Shown piece by piece: positions 1 to 8,088 of a stretch of 36,508 nt of DNA. Below the pieces are notes generated by a model, which did no database searches, had not been told where the DNA came from, and was given only the letters and a program-made list of their open reading frames with translations. How positions within the stretch are numbered: the first letter of the stretch is position 1; each line of letters starts with the position of its first letter. The translations under genes and the position numbers were made by a program. Origin of the DNA: Promethearchaeota archaeon (GTDB lineage Archaea > Asgardarchaeota > Lokiarchaeia > Sigyniarchaeales > SOKP01); NCBI GenBank assembly GCA_016839745.1, contig JAEOTS010000128.1, positions 1-36,508 on the forward strand, written 5' to 3'.

Positions 1-141
1 CAAAAAGTCTTGAAGATGATGGGACTTGAAAAGAGATTTAAGCTTGAATGGGTAAGTGCGTCTGAGGGCAAGCGATTTTCTGATTTAATAACAGAGTTTA
101 CTAGCGAAATTAAAGAATTAGGTCCTCTTAAGATTAATTAA
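1..141 (+). CDS. mvhD: 3' end of MvhD/FlpD (hydrogenase delta, [2Fe-2S]) protein or domain, truncated by window edge
   Basis: Frame 1 reads QKVLKMMGLEKRFKLEWVSASEGKRFSDLITEFTSEIKELGPLKIN*. This closely matches the C-terminus of MvhD at 5001-5438 (RLEWVSASEGKRFADLITEFTNQIKELGPLKS). Not in the ORF track. Confidence 0.9.
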   Translation, partial: QKVLKMMGLEKRFKLEWVSASEGKRFSDLITEFTSEIKELGPLKIN

Positions 142-155
142 ATTACTGTTTTAAT

Positions 156-178
156 TTAAAGATTAGTGGAATCTTTAA
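156..178 (+). terminator. Hairpin just downstream of the first mvhD, possible terminator
   Basis: TTAAAGATT-agtgg-AATCTTTAA, a 9-bp perfect stem beginning 15 nt after the stop, in T-rich context. Confidence 0.35.
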
Positions 179-377
179 TTCTAATTATTTTAACTTCTTA
201 TATTTATAATAGAGTTTCAAATTGAAACTTAAAGATATTGCTTAATTTCGAAATGTCACTTTTAGATCACGATTCTTCAAATATTTCACAAATCGATCAG
301 AATATCGATAACAAATATCGCAAAACAAAAAGAAACCCACTTTATTTGTCACTTTTCGAAGATTTTTCATGATAATA

Positions 378-385
378 TTTATATA
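378..385 (+). promoter_or_regulatory. Candidate TATA box for the hdrD-hdrA-mvhD operon
   Basis: TTTATATA matches the archaeal TATA consensus. The AT-rich background lowers specificity. Confidence 0.35.
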
Positions 386-619
386 ATAATCTTGCCTCTC
401 CATTATTCATAGCAAAGTTGTTAAAGAAGATTAATTACAAATTTTATTTCTTAAAAAGGTGTTCACAATAATGGAAGCCTTCTACTTATCAAGTATAAAA
501 CAAAAAAATAATAAATATCTATTATTTTCAAAATTAAGTGTTAGAAATACTATATTTTTACTTATTTTGCAAAAATTATTAGTAATTTAAGAAGAATTTA
601 GAGTAGAGAGGAGTAAATC

Positions 620-1891
620 ATAACAGAGTCAAAGAAGGATCTAAAAAAAGAAGACGCCTTAGATGATACATCAAAATATCTCGATAAAATTTACAATCCT
701 GATCTAAGAGCCATTTTAAGAAGATGTTATCAATGCGCTCGTTGTAGTGGGGTTTGTCAATTAAGCAAAGTCCAAACCTACACACCTAGTAAGATTATTC
801 AACTCATAATAGAAGGATTTGAAGAAAAAGTATTAGAAAGCGAAACTTTTTGGGACTGTTTAACTTGCAATCAATGTCTTAAAGATTGCCCAGAGAACAT
901 TAACTTTGCTGAATTAGTAAGAATGGCTAGATTTAAGATGAGACAATCAACAAATAAAGATGTTGATGATTTGATCGCCCACAAAGGAGTTTACACATCG
1001 ATCACGGAAATTATGAGTCAACCCTATATAAATCCAGATAGATCTCTTGAGTGGGTACCTAAAGGTATAAAAATTGCTGAAAAAGGTAATGTTTTATATT
1101 ATGTAGGGTGTATTCCTTATTTTAATTACGAATTTGACAAAATAGATCCCATAGCGATGAGCACTTTACAAATATTAAGCGAAGTTGAAAAAGAACCGAT
1201 TGTTCTCTTTAAAGAAGAAATCTGCTGTGGTCATGATGTTTATTGGGGGCAAGGAAAACTAGAAGTATTTATTAATTTAGCTAAGAAAAATATTGATATG
1301 TTCGAGAAAACAGGAATCTCCACTATTGTAACTGCATGTGCAGAATGCTACAGAACCTTTAAAGTCGATTATCCGAAACTATTTGAAGATTTTAGCCAAA
1401 AGTTCGAGGTTAAACATATCATTGAATATATTTACGATAATTGGAAAGAAGGTAAAATTGAAATTGTAGGAAAAAATGAATCTGAAGAGGAAACATCGTT
1501 TACCTATCACGACCCATGCAGATTAAGCAGATTTTTACCCGAAGATAACAAAATTACAGATAAGTCACGCGAAATCTTTAAAGAGTTTAAAAAATTAGGA
1601 TATATCTTTACAGAAATGGAGCATAATAAATCAAACTCTTTATGCTGTGGAGTGAATTCTTGGATGAATTGTAACGAGAAATCAAAAGCTCTAAGGTATA
1701 AAAGAATGCTTGAAGCCAAAACTGCGGGAGAAATAATGCTAACTGCTTGTCCAAAATGTAAAATTCACTTATCATGTTTACAAGATGATTACGCGGACAT
1801 TTCTTCAGTTGAAATATCAGATTTCTCAGAATTTTTAGTAAATCACATTAAAGTAATAAAACCTAAAAAAAAGAGTGAGGGGGAAAAATAA
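620..1891 (+). CDS. hdrD: HdrD-like Fe-S oxidoreductase (2x[4Fe-4S] HdrC-like domain + two CCG domains); probable start at ATA 620, not ATG 923
   Basis: The frame is open from 617 (in-frame TAA at 614). The part upstream of 923 encodes CYQCARCSGVCQ and CLTCNQCLKDCP. The called ORF has YYVGC..CCG..ACAEC and YHDPC..CCG..ACPKC. GAGGAG at 608-613 lies 6 nt before ATA. The stop overlaps the hdrA start (TAATG). Confidence 0.85.
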   Translation: MTESKKDLKKEDALDDTSKYLDKIYNPDLRAILRRCYQCARCSGVCQLSKVQTYTPSKIIQLIIEGFEEKVLESETFWDCLTCNQCLKDCPENINFAELVRMARFKMRQSTNKDVDDLIAHKGVYTSITEIMSQPYINPDRSLEWVPKGIKIAEKGNVLYYVGCIPYFNYEFDKIDPIAMSTLQILSEVEKEPIVLFKEEICCGHDVYWGQGKLEVFINLAKKNIDMFEKTGISTIVTACAECYRTFKVDYPKLFEDFSQKFEVKHIIEYIYDNWKEGKIEIVGKNESEEETSFTYHDPCRLSRFLPEDNKITDKSREIFKEFKKLGYIFTEMEHNKSNSLCCGVNSWMNCNEKSKALRYKRMLEAKTAGEIMLTACPKCKIHLSCLQDDYADISSVEISDFSEFLVNHIKVIKPKKKSEGEK

Positions 1892-4800
1892 TGGAAGGAG
1901 CTGTGTTGGTCATAGGGGCTGGTATTGCTGGAATACAAACATCTCTCGATTTAACCGAGTTAGGATTTAAAGTTTATCTCGTGGAAAAATCTCCTTCAAT
2001 AGGTGGAAGGATGGCTCAACTGGATAAAACTTTTCCTACAAACGATTGTTCTCTTTGTATCCTCGCACCTAAAATGGTTGAGGTCTATAGAAATCCTAAC
2101 ATCGAACTAATGACTTATCACGAAGTCAAGGCAATTTCAGGAGAAGCCGGTAATTTTGATGTATCAGTGTTAAAGAAACCTCGATATATCGACGAGGACA
2201 AATGTAAGGGATGCGGTGACTGCGCTGCTAAATGCCCAAAAATCCAAGTACCTAACTTATTTGATATGAATCTTGGAAAAAGGAAATCAGTCTATATTCC
2301 TTTCCCTCAAGCAGTACCTCCTATTTATCTAATAGATCCAGAATTGTGTTTAATGTTAACTAAAGGCGTGTGTGGCGTCTGTGAAAAGGTGTGCGAGGCA
2401 AAAGCAATCAACTACGAGCAAAAAGAACAAGAAATTAATATTAAAGTAGGTGCGATTGTAGTCGCCACAGGTTTTGACATGCCGGCAGAAGATTTGTCTC
2501 CACGATGGGGGTATCGATTCCAAAACGTAGTAAGTGCGTTGGAGTACGAAAGAATCTTGTGCGCGTCTGGTCCTTTTGGAGGTCATGTTCTAAGACTTAG
2601 CGATGAAGAAGAACCTGAGAAAATCGCTTTTATTCAATGCGCAGGATCCAGAGATTTACACGAAAATGTTCCCTATTGTTCAAGCGTTTGTTGTATGTAT
2701 ACTGCTAAAGAAGCTATAATAACTGCTGAACACTCTGAAAACGCTAAATGCTTTGTATTTAGACACGATATCAGAGCCTATGGTAAAAACTTTTATGAAT
2801 TTACCCAAAGAGCTCAAGACGAATATGGCGTAAAGTATTTCCAAACAAAAATAAGTACTATCGAAGAAGATCCCGAAACGAACGATTTGTTAATTCACTA
2901 TGAGGATTTGAAAACTGGAAAATTTAACGATTTTGTGGCTAATTTAGTTGTTTTAGCGACCCCATTAGTTCCTAAAAAAGGCATTGGAGATTTAGCCAAA
3001 ATTCTTGATGTAGAACTCGATAAATACGACTTTTTCAAAGAAAAATCTTATTTCCATAAATCGTTATCGTCGAGGGAAGGAATTTTCTTATGCGGTTTTT
3101 GCCAAGGACCAATGGATATTCCGGAAACAGTCGCTGACGCAAGTGGTGTTGCATCTCAAGTAGCTACGTTACTTAATACTGCAAAATTTACAAAAGTTAA
3201 AGAAAAAGTATTTGAAGTAACTGAGAAAGAAGTAAGCCCTACAGATGAACCCCGAATAGGTGTGCTTATATGTCATTGTGGGATTAATATTGGCAAATAT
3301 GTCGATGTTCCTAATGTTAGAGATTATATAAAATCATTGCCAAATGTAGTTTGGTGCGAAGACAACTTATATTCGTGCAGTTCTGATTCCCAAGAACTAA
3401 TTAAAGAAAAGATTAAAGAACATAATCTTAATAGACTTATTGTAGCTTCATGTACTCCTAGAACTCACGAACCATTATTCCAAGAAACATGTCAAGAAGC
3501 AGGAATGAATAAATACTTGTTTGAAATGGTAAACATTAGAGACCAATGTTCCTGGGTTCACATGACTGAAAAAAAGGCAGCGACCAATAAATCGATGGAT
3601 TTAATAAGAATGGCTGTCTCGAAATCCAAATTAATCAAACCTCAAAAGGAGGAGAAGATTGCAGTTATACCTACTGCTTTAGTAATAGGTGGAGGTATCT
3701 CAGGAATGACTGCTGCTTTAGAATTAGCTAATCAAGGATTTAAGACATACATTATAGAAAAGGAAAAGAAACTTGGGGGTAATTTAAATAGTCTTAACAT
3801 TCTTTATCCCATCCAAGAAGATGCTTCAATCCTTTTAAAAGATACTATAGATAAGGTTGAAAGCAATAACAATATTGAAGTTCATTTAGAGACAACAATC
3901 AAAGATATCAAGGGGTATATCGGAAATTACGAAGTCTCAATTTATGACTTGATAGATAAAGCAACAGAAATAAAAACCGGAGCGATAATCGTTGCTACTG
4001 GCGGACAAGAACTGAAGCCAAAAGGATTGTTTCAATATGACGGTAAAAATAAACAAGTTATGACACAACTCGAAATTGAACAAAAACTTCAAGAACCTGA
4101 TAAATCTTGGCTTGATAAATTAAAACGTGTTACTTTCGTTTTATGCGCTGGTGCAAGACAGAAGGAAGGTATTACTTATTGTTCAAATGTTTGTTGCGGA
4201 ACCTCAATCAAAAATATTAATATTCTAAAAGAGTTAAACCCAAATCTCGAGATTATTGTATTATACCGAGATTTTCAAATGGCTAAAAAAGAATTCGAAG
4301 AGTATTACCGTAATCGAAGAAAAGACGCTATGTTTTTGCGATACGATTTAGATCAAATTCCAAAAATAACTCAAGTAGGCAAGTCGCCTGAAAAATATAA
4401 AGTAGAAGTATTCGATACTAATTTACAAGATAAACTCGATTTTGAAACCGATTTAATCGTGTTAGCTACACCAATGGTTCCTGCAGACAATATGAAAGAT
4501 TTAGCAATGATGCTTAAAGTTCCTTTAGATAGGACCGGATTTTTTTTAGAAGCTCATGTTAAACTAAGGCCATTAGATTTTGCAACGGACGGTATCTTCC
4601 TTTGCGGAGTTGCTCAATGGCCCAAAAATATTCAAGACTCCATATCTCAAGCAAGTGGGGCTGCTGGTCGAGCAAGTAGATTTCTGAGCGCTGGAGAAAT
4701 AACAACTTCAGGCTTAGTCGCAGAAGTTACTCAGAGCAAATGTATAGGATGCGGAGATTGCGAGGAAGTCTGTCCTTATAAAGCAATTGAACTAATAGAA

Positions 4801-4998
4801 ACTACAAAAGATTTTGAGGAAGTATCAATAGTAGTAAAAAAATCATCAATAAATTCAGCTCTATGTAAAGGATGCGGTACTTGCGCAGCTACATGCCCTG
4901 TAGGCGCGATATCCGTAAAGCACTACGATTTTGATCAAATTGGCGCAATGATCGATTCATATCTTTTAGAAAAAATAACAAATGGAGGGAGTACTTAG
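1891..4998 (+). CDS. hdrA: Heterodisulfide reductase subunit A-like flavoprotein, double-FAD-domain form (1035 aa)
   Basis: Two Rossmann motifs (VIGAGIAG, VIGGGISG); DKTFPTNDCSLC; two CAGxR..YCSxVCC motifs; internal RIGVLICHCGINI..CS..SCTPRTHE; ferredoxin motifs CKGCGDC, CGVCEKVC, CIGCGDC, CKGCGTC. Confidence 0.95.
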   Translation: MEGAVLVIGAGIAGIQTSLDLTELGFKVYLVEKSPSIGGRMAQLDKTFPTNDCSLCILAPKMVEVYRNPNIELMTYHEVKAISGEAGNFDVSVLKKPRYIDEDKCKGCGDCAAKCPKIQVPNLFDMNLGKRKSVYIPFPQAVPPIYLIDPELCLMLTKGVCGVCEKVCEAKAINYEQKEQEINIKVGAIVVATGFDMPAEDLSPRWGYRFQNVVSALEYERILCASGPFGGHVLRLSDEEEPEKIAFIQCAGSRDLHENVPYCSSVCCMYTAKEAIITAEHSENAKCFVFRHDIRAYGKNFYEFTQRAQDEYGVKYFQTKISTIEEDPETNDLLIHYEDLKTGKFNDFVANLVVLATPLVPKKGIGDLAKILDVELDKYDFFKEKSYFHKSLSSREGIFLCGFCQGPMDIPETVADASGVASQVATLLNTAKFTKVKEKVFEVTEKEVSPTDEPRIGVLICHCGINIGKYVDVPNVRDYIKSLPNVVWCEDNLYSCSSDSQELIKEKIKEHNLNRLIVASCTPRTHEPLFQETCQEAGMNKYLFEMVNIRDQCSWVHMTEKKAATNKSMDLIRMAVSKSKLIKPQKEEKIAVIPTALVIGGGISGMTAALELANQGFKTYIIEKEKKLGGNLNSLNILYPIQEDASILLKDTIDKVESNNNIEVHLETTIKDIKGYIGNYEVSIYDLIDKATEIKTGAIIVATGGQELKPKGLFQYDGKNKQVMTQLEIEQKLQEPDKSWLDKLKRVTFVLCAGARQKEGITYCSNVCCGTSIKNINILKELNPNLEIIVLYRDFQMAKKEFEEYYRNRRKDAMFLRYDLDQIPKITQVGKSPEKYKVEVFDTNLQDKLDFETDLIVLATPMVPADNMKDLAMMLKVPLDRTGFFLEAHVKLRPLDFATDGIFLCGVAQWPKNIQDSISQASGAAGRASRFLSAGEITTSGLVAEVTQSKCIGCGDCEEVCPYKAIELIETTKDFEEVSIVVKKSSINSALCKGCGTCAATCPVGAISVKHYDFDQIGAMIDSYLLEKITNGGST

Positions 4999-5000
4999 TT

Positions 5001-5438
5001 ATGTCTAAGTCTAAAACAAAACCCAAGAAAGTCAAAGACTTTGAGCCTGATATCTTAGTTTTCTGTTGTAATTGGTGTAGCTATGCCGGCGCGGACTTAG
5101 CAGGAGTGTCAAGATTTCAATATCCTCCAAATATTCGAGTAATTCGGGTGATGTGTTCGGGGAGAGTTGATCCTTCCTTTGTTCTAAAAGCTCTTAAAGA
5201 TGGCGCAGATGGAGTTCTTATTAGTGGCTGTCACATTGGTGATTGTCACTATATTTCAGGTAATGAATACGCGAGAGATAGATTCGCAAAAATGCATAGT
5301 ATAATTATAAAACAATTAGGCGTTAACGAGAAACGCGTTAGATTAGAGTGGGTTTCAGCTTCTGAAGGTAAGCGTTTCGCCGATTTAATTACAGAATTTA
5401 CTAACCAAATAAAAGAGTTAGGACCTCTTAAAAGCTAG
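5001..5438 (+). CDS. mvhD: MvhD/FlpD [2Fe-2S] subunit (Cys form)
   Basis: FCCNWCSYAGAD, RVMCSGR, GCHIGDCHY, WVSASEG. GGAGGGAG ribosome-binding motif upstream; directly follows hdrA. Confidence 0.95.
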   Translation: MSKSKTKPKKVKDFEPDILVFCCNWCSYAGADLAGVSRFQYPPNIRVIRVMCSGRVDPSFVLKALKDGADGVLISGCHIGDCHYISGNEYARDRFAKMHSIIIKQLGVNEKRVRLEWVSASEGKRFADLITEFTNQIKELGPLKS

Positions 5439-5483
5439 GTAATCTTTTTTATTTTTAACTTCTCCCTCTTAAATAGTATTTTT

Positions 5484-6692
5484 CTATTTGGATACCTTCT
5501 TTGCAAATTTATACAAGAATATTAAAACTACAAGAAGTATTGCAGAAACCATAAAAATGATGATGTATACTAAGGAAATTCCTCCAAAATTAAAAAAGGG
5601 TTCTAGAGTTATAGGAACGAAAGCTATTCCAATAAATTGAAACGCCGTTGTTAATCCCGCGAGAGCACCACGTCTTTCTAGAGATAAAGTTTGGCTATAG
5701 AACATTACTAATGTTATTAATATACCTCCGGCTAGACCCATGAAGGTAAGACCTATGGAAGTGAACGGAAGCGCTTCGAAACTGTTATTACCGAAGAGTA
5801 TTAAAATTATGTCTGCGATAAATAATGAAATCAATCCCATTATCATAGTAAGTTTTACACTTTTTTTCTTAATAGTGAATCCGGTTAAAATACCACCTAT
5901 AAAGCCCATTACTCCAAATAAGGCAATTACTAATCCTGAAATCGCCGGTGGTATCGAGGCTATAGAACGCGAAGTCCAGATTATAGTTGCAATAGAGGTA
6001 TGTGAAAGTAAAAAAGCTGAGATAACCAATAAGATAACTGGTAAACGACGAATTTCTCGGGCGATGTGAGAGAAAAATGTTCGAATTCCATCATCACTTT
6101 TAGTGACAGATTGACTCTTTCTTAATGTAAAAATAATTATGATTCCTAATACAGTAATAACCAAAAATATTATGTATAAATACCTCCAGCTTACATTGAT
6201 TATTTGACCTGCAAGTAACGGTCCCAAACCAACTCCTATATTAGCAACTGCACCTAGCAAGCCTATTTTTTTAGAAATTTTCGGTCCAGGAGTGATATCC
6301 GTAAGCAAAGCTATTAATACAGGATTGACGAAACCGAAACCAATACCAGCTAAGACATTTGCAATAATAAATACTATTAACGAAAATGAAAATGTTGCTA
6401 TAACCATTCCAATTGCAAAAACAGATAAACCTAAAAGAATCACGGGGAACCGACCTTTCGTATCTGAAATAGCGCCTGAGAATAGTTGAACTATGGCAAA
6501 TGGGAACATGAATGATGGAATTGCAATCAATACTGCATTTTGAACGATTGAAAATTCTACTGAAAGTACAACATATAATACTAAAATAACATTGCCAGTT
6601 AGAGGTCCCAACGCAAAAAGGACAAAGATAATTACCTCTGCTAATACGAAAGTTTTCTTAGGTTCTACACTCAAGATATATCGTCTATTCAA
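5484..6692 (-). CDS. MFS transporter (drug/metabolite efflux-like)
   Basis: About 12 hydrophobic segments; motif A GAISDTKGR; motif C-like GLGPLLAG; TTG start. Confidence 0.85.
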   Translation of the reverse strand: MNRRYILSVEPKKTFVLAEVIIFVLFALGPLTGNVILVLYVVLSVEFSIVQNAVLIAIPSFMFPFAIVQLFSGAISDTKGRFPVILLGLSVFAIGMVIATFSFSLIVFIIANVLAGIGFGFVNPVLIALLTDITPGPKISKKIGLLGAVANIGVGLGPLLAGQIINVSWRYLYIIFLVITVLGIIIIFTLRKSQSVTKSDDGIRTFFSHIAREIRRLPVILLVISAFLLSHTSIATIIWTSRSIASIPPAISGLVIALFGVMGFIGGILTGFTIKKKSVKLTMIMGLISLFIADIILILFGNNSFEALPFTSIGLTFMGLAGGILITLVMFYSQTLSLERRGALAGLTTAFQFIGIAFVPITLEPFFNFGGISLVYIIIFMVSAILLVVLIFLYKFAKKVSK

Positions 6693-6778
6693 TTTTTAGC
6701 AAATATACTATAAAAAATTAGTCTCTAATATTAAACTCTCTGTTATTAAAAAATAAAAAAAAAGGATTATATTTAGAT

Positions 6779-7252
6779 TTACGATACATAAACCGCTATC
6801 TGCGAGAAGAACGTTGTAACGATTATAACAAATAGAATTAGCCCAGCAAGTATAAGGTAGATACGCCTCGCTTTTTCGTCAAATTTATCGTTTAAAGCAA
6901 AACTCAAAAACGCTATTGCAATAAAAAACATGCCAATATTAACCCCAATTCGAGCAATATTGCCTACTATGACTACTTGGTATTCCATCCAATAAGATAT
7001 AAGATTAGCTCGTTCAATTTTTACGATGTAATCGTTATACCCGTACAACCCTTGCATGTAATTCATTTCGTTTTGTTGGTTTTCAAGGAGTAACCATGTA
7101 GAGGCGTTATCTGCAATTGATTTACTTATCATGAGTACCGTGCCAAAGACTATAGCTACTAATAGACCGTATATTAAGAACTTAGTAGCTCTTTGCTTAT
7201 CCATCATTGGTAACATGTCATACAAACTTCCTTTTCTCTCTTCTGTCCCCAT
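6779..7252 (-). CDS. Hypothetical multi-pass membrane protein (~3 TM)
   Basis: 157-aa ORF with three hydrophobic stretches, 6 nt downstream of the 7259-7927 gene. Confidence 0.75.
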   Translation of the reverse strand: MGTEERKGSLYDMLPMMDKQRATKFLIYGLLVAIVFGTVLMISKSIADNASTWLLLENQQNEMNYMQGLYGYNDYIVKIERANLISYWMEYQVVIVGNIARIGVNIGMFFIAIAFLSFALNDKFDEKARRIYLILAGLILFVIIVTTFFSQIAVYVS

Positions 7253-7258
7253 TTTTTA

Positions 7259-7927
7259 TCACCTTAAGTAATTTGCTTTTAAAACTGATATTAATGCTAA
7301 CATTACGTAAACAATTATAATGGCAGCACCTATAAATATGAAAAGATTGTTTAGAGTTTCTCCTGGACCGTCTACTTTTATTGTGATATCGAAAGCAACA
7401 TCTGTAACGGAAGGAGGACCCGAATTAGAGCCATAAACGATAACATAATAATCACCTGGCCAAGAAACCAACGAATCACCCACTCTATCCCCCATAAATT
7501 CTATGTATAAATAAATTCCATTCGAGGGTAACGATAAAGAATTCGCACCAAATGTGCTTCCCGCGGGCGATGAACCCCAACCAAACTCAGAATATACAAA
7601 CTGCAAGCCTGAAGGAGGAGGGTTATCCAAACTGTGTTCTCGGTCGTATACGCTTTTAGCAATGATCCTAATTGTGACCGATGAATTTGGGTAAAATTCA
7701 GAAATTTCGATTATCAGTTTTTGATCTTTACTTAATGTCACTTGTTGAGCGAACGCATTTCTTATACTTGCGCTGCTATCTTCTTGAATAACTACAGGTT
7801 TTCGGTCGTAAATAGTTACTTTATCTAGTAAAATCCCAAAAAAAGGACCGAGTACTAGACATGCTAGACCTATTCCAATGATGATGTAAGCGGTTTTCTT
7901 TTTTAAAAGTCGACTAATTTTTAACAT
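7259..7927 (-). CDS. Hypothetical membrane protein: TM / beta-rich extracytoplasmic domain / TM
   Basis: N- and C-terminal hydrophobic helices flank a Ser/Pro/Gly beta-rich domain containing PGDYYVIVYG. AAGGTG precedes the ATG. Confidence 0.75.
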   Translation of the reverse strand: MLKISRLLKKKTAYIIIGIGLACLVLGPFFGILLDKVTIYDRKPVVIQEDSSASIRNAFAQQVTLSKDQKLIIEISEFYPNSSVTIRIIAKSVYDREHSLDNPPPSGLQFVYSEFGWGSSPAGSTFGANSLSLPSNGIYLYIEFMGDRVGDSLVSWPGDYYVIVYGSNSGPPSVTDVAFDITIKVDGPGETLNNLFIFIGAAIIIVYVMLALISVLKANYLR

Positions 7928-8088
7928 GTAGACACCTTTATAGACTTATTTTTTTTTAAATTAAATTCTGGTCAAATAAAAATAGGGCGTTTCGAAATAA
8001 AAATTTGAGTTTGATAATTATTAACAGATGAATTAAAGCTCGAAATTGATGAATGTTTTAATAAAAAAAAAGAAATAATTGTAAACTC

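Noticed and set aside
213-229. GTTTCAA/ATTGAAAC resembles CRISPR repeat ends
   Set aside because: Single 17-bp palindrome with no repeat-spacer periodicity and no cas genes.
1891-5438. Selenocysteine recoding in hdrA/mvhD (known selenoprotein families in Lokiarchaeia)
   Set aside because: Both ORFs are full length with TGT/TGC at the conserved Cys positions and no in-frame TGA. No convincing SECIS was seen in 142-616 or after 5438.
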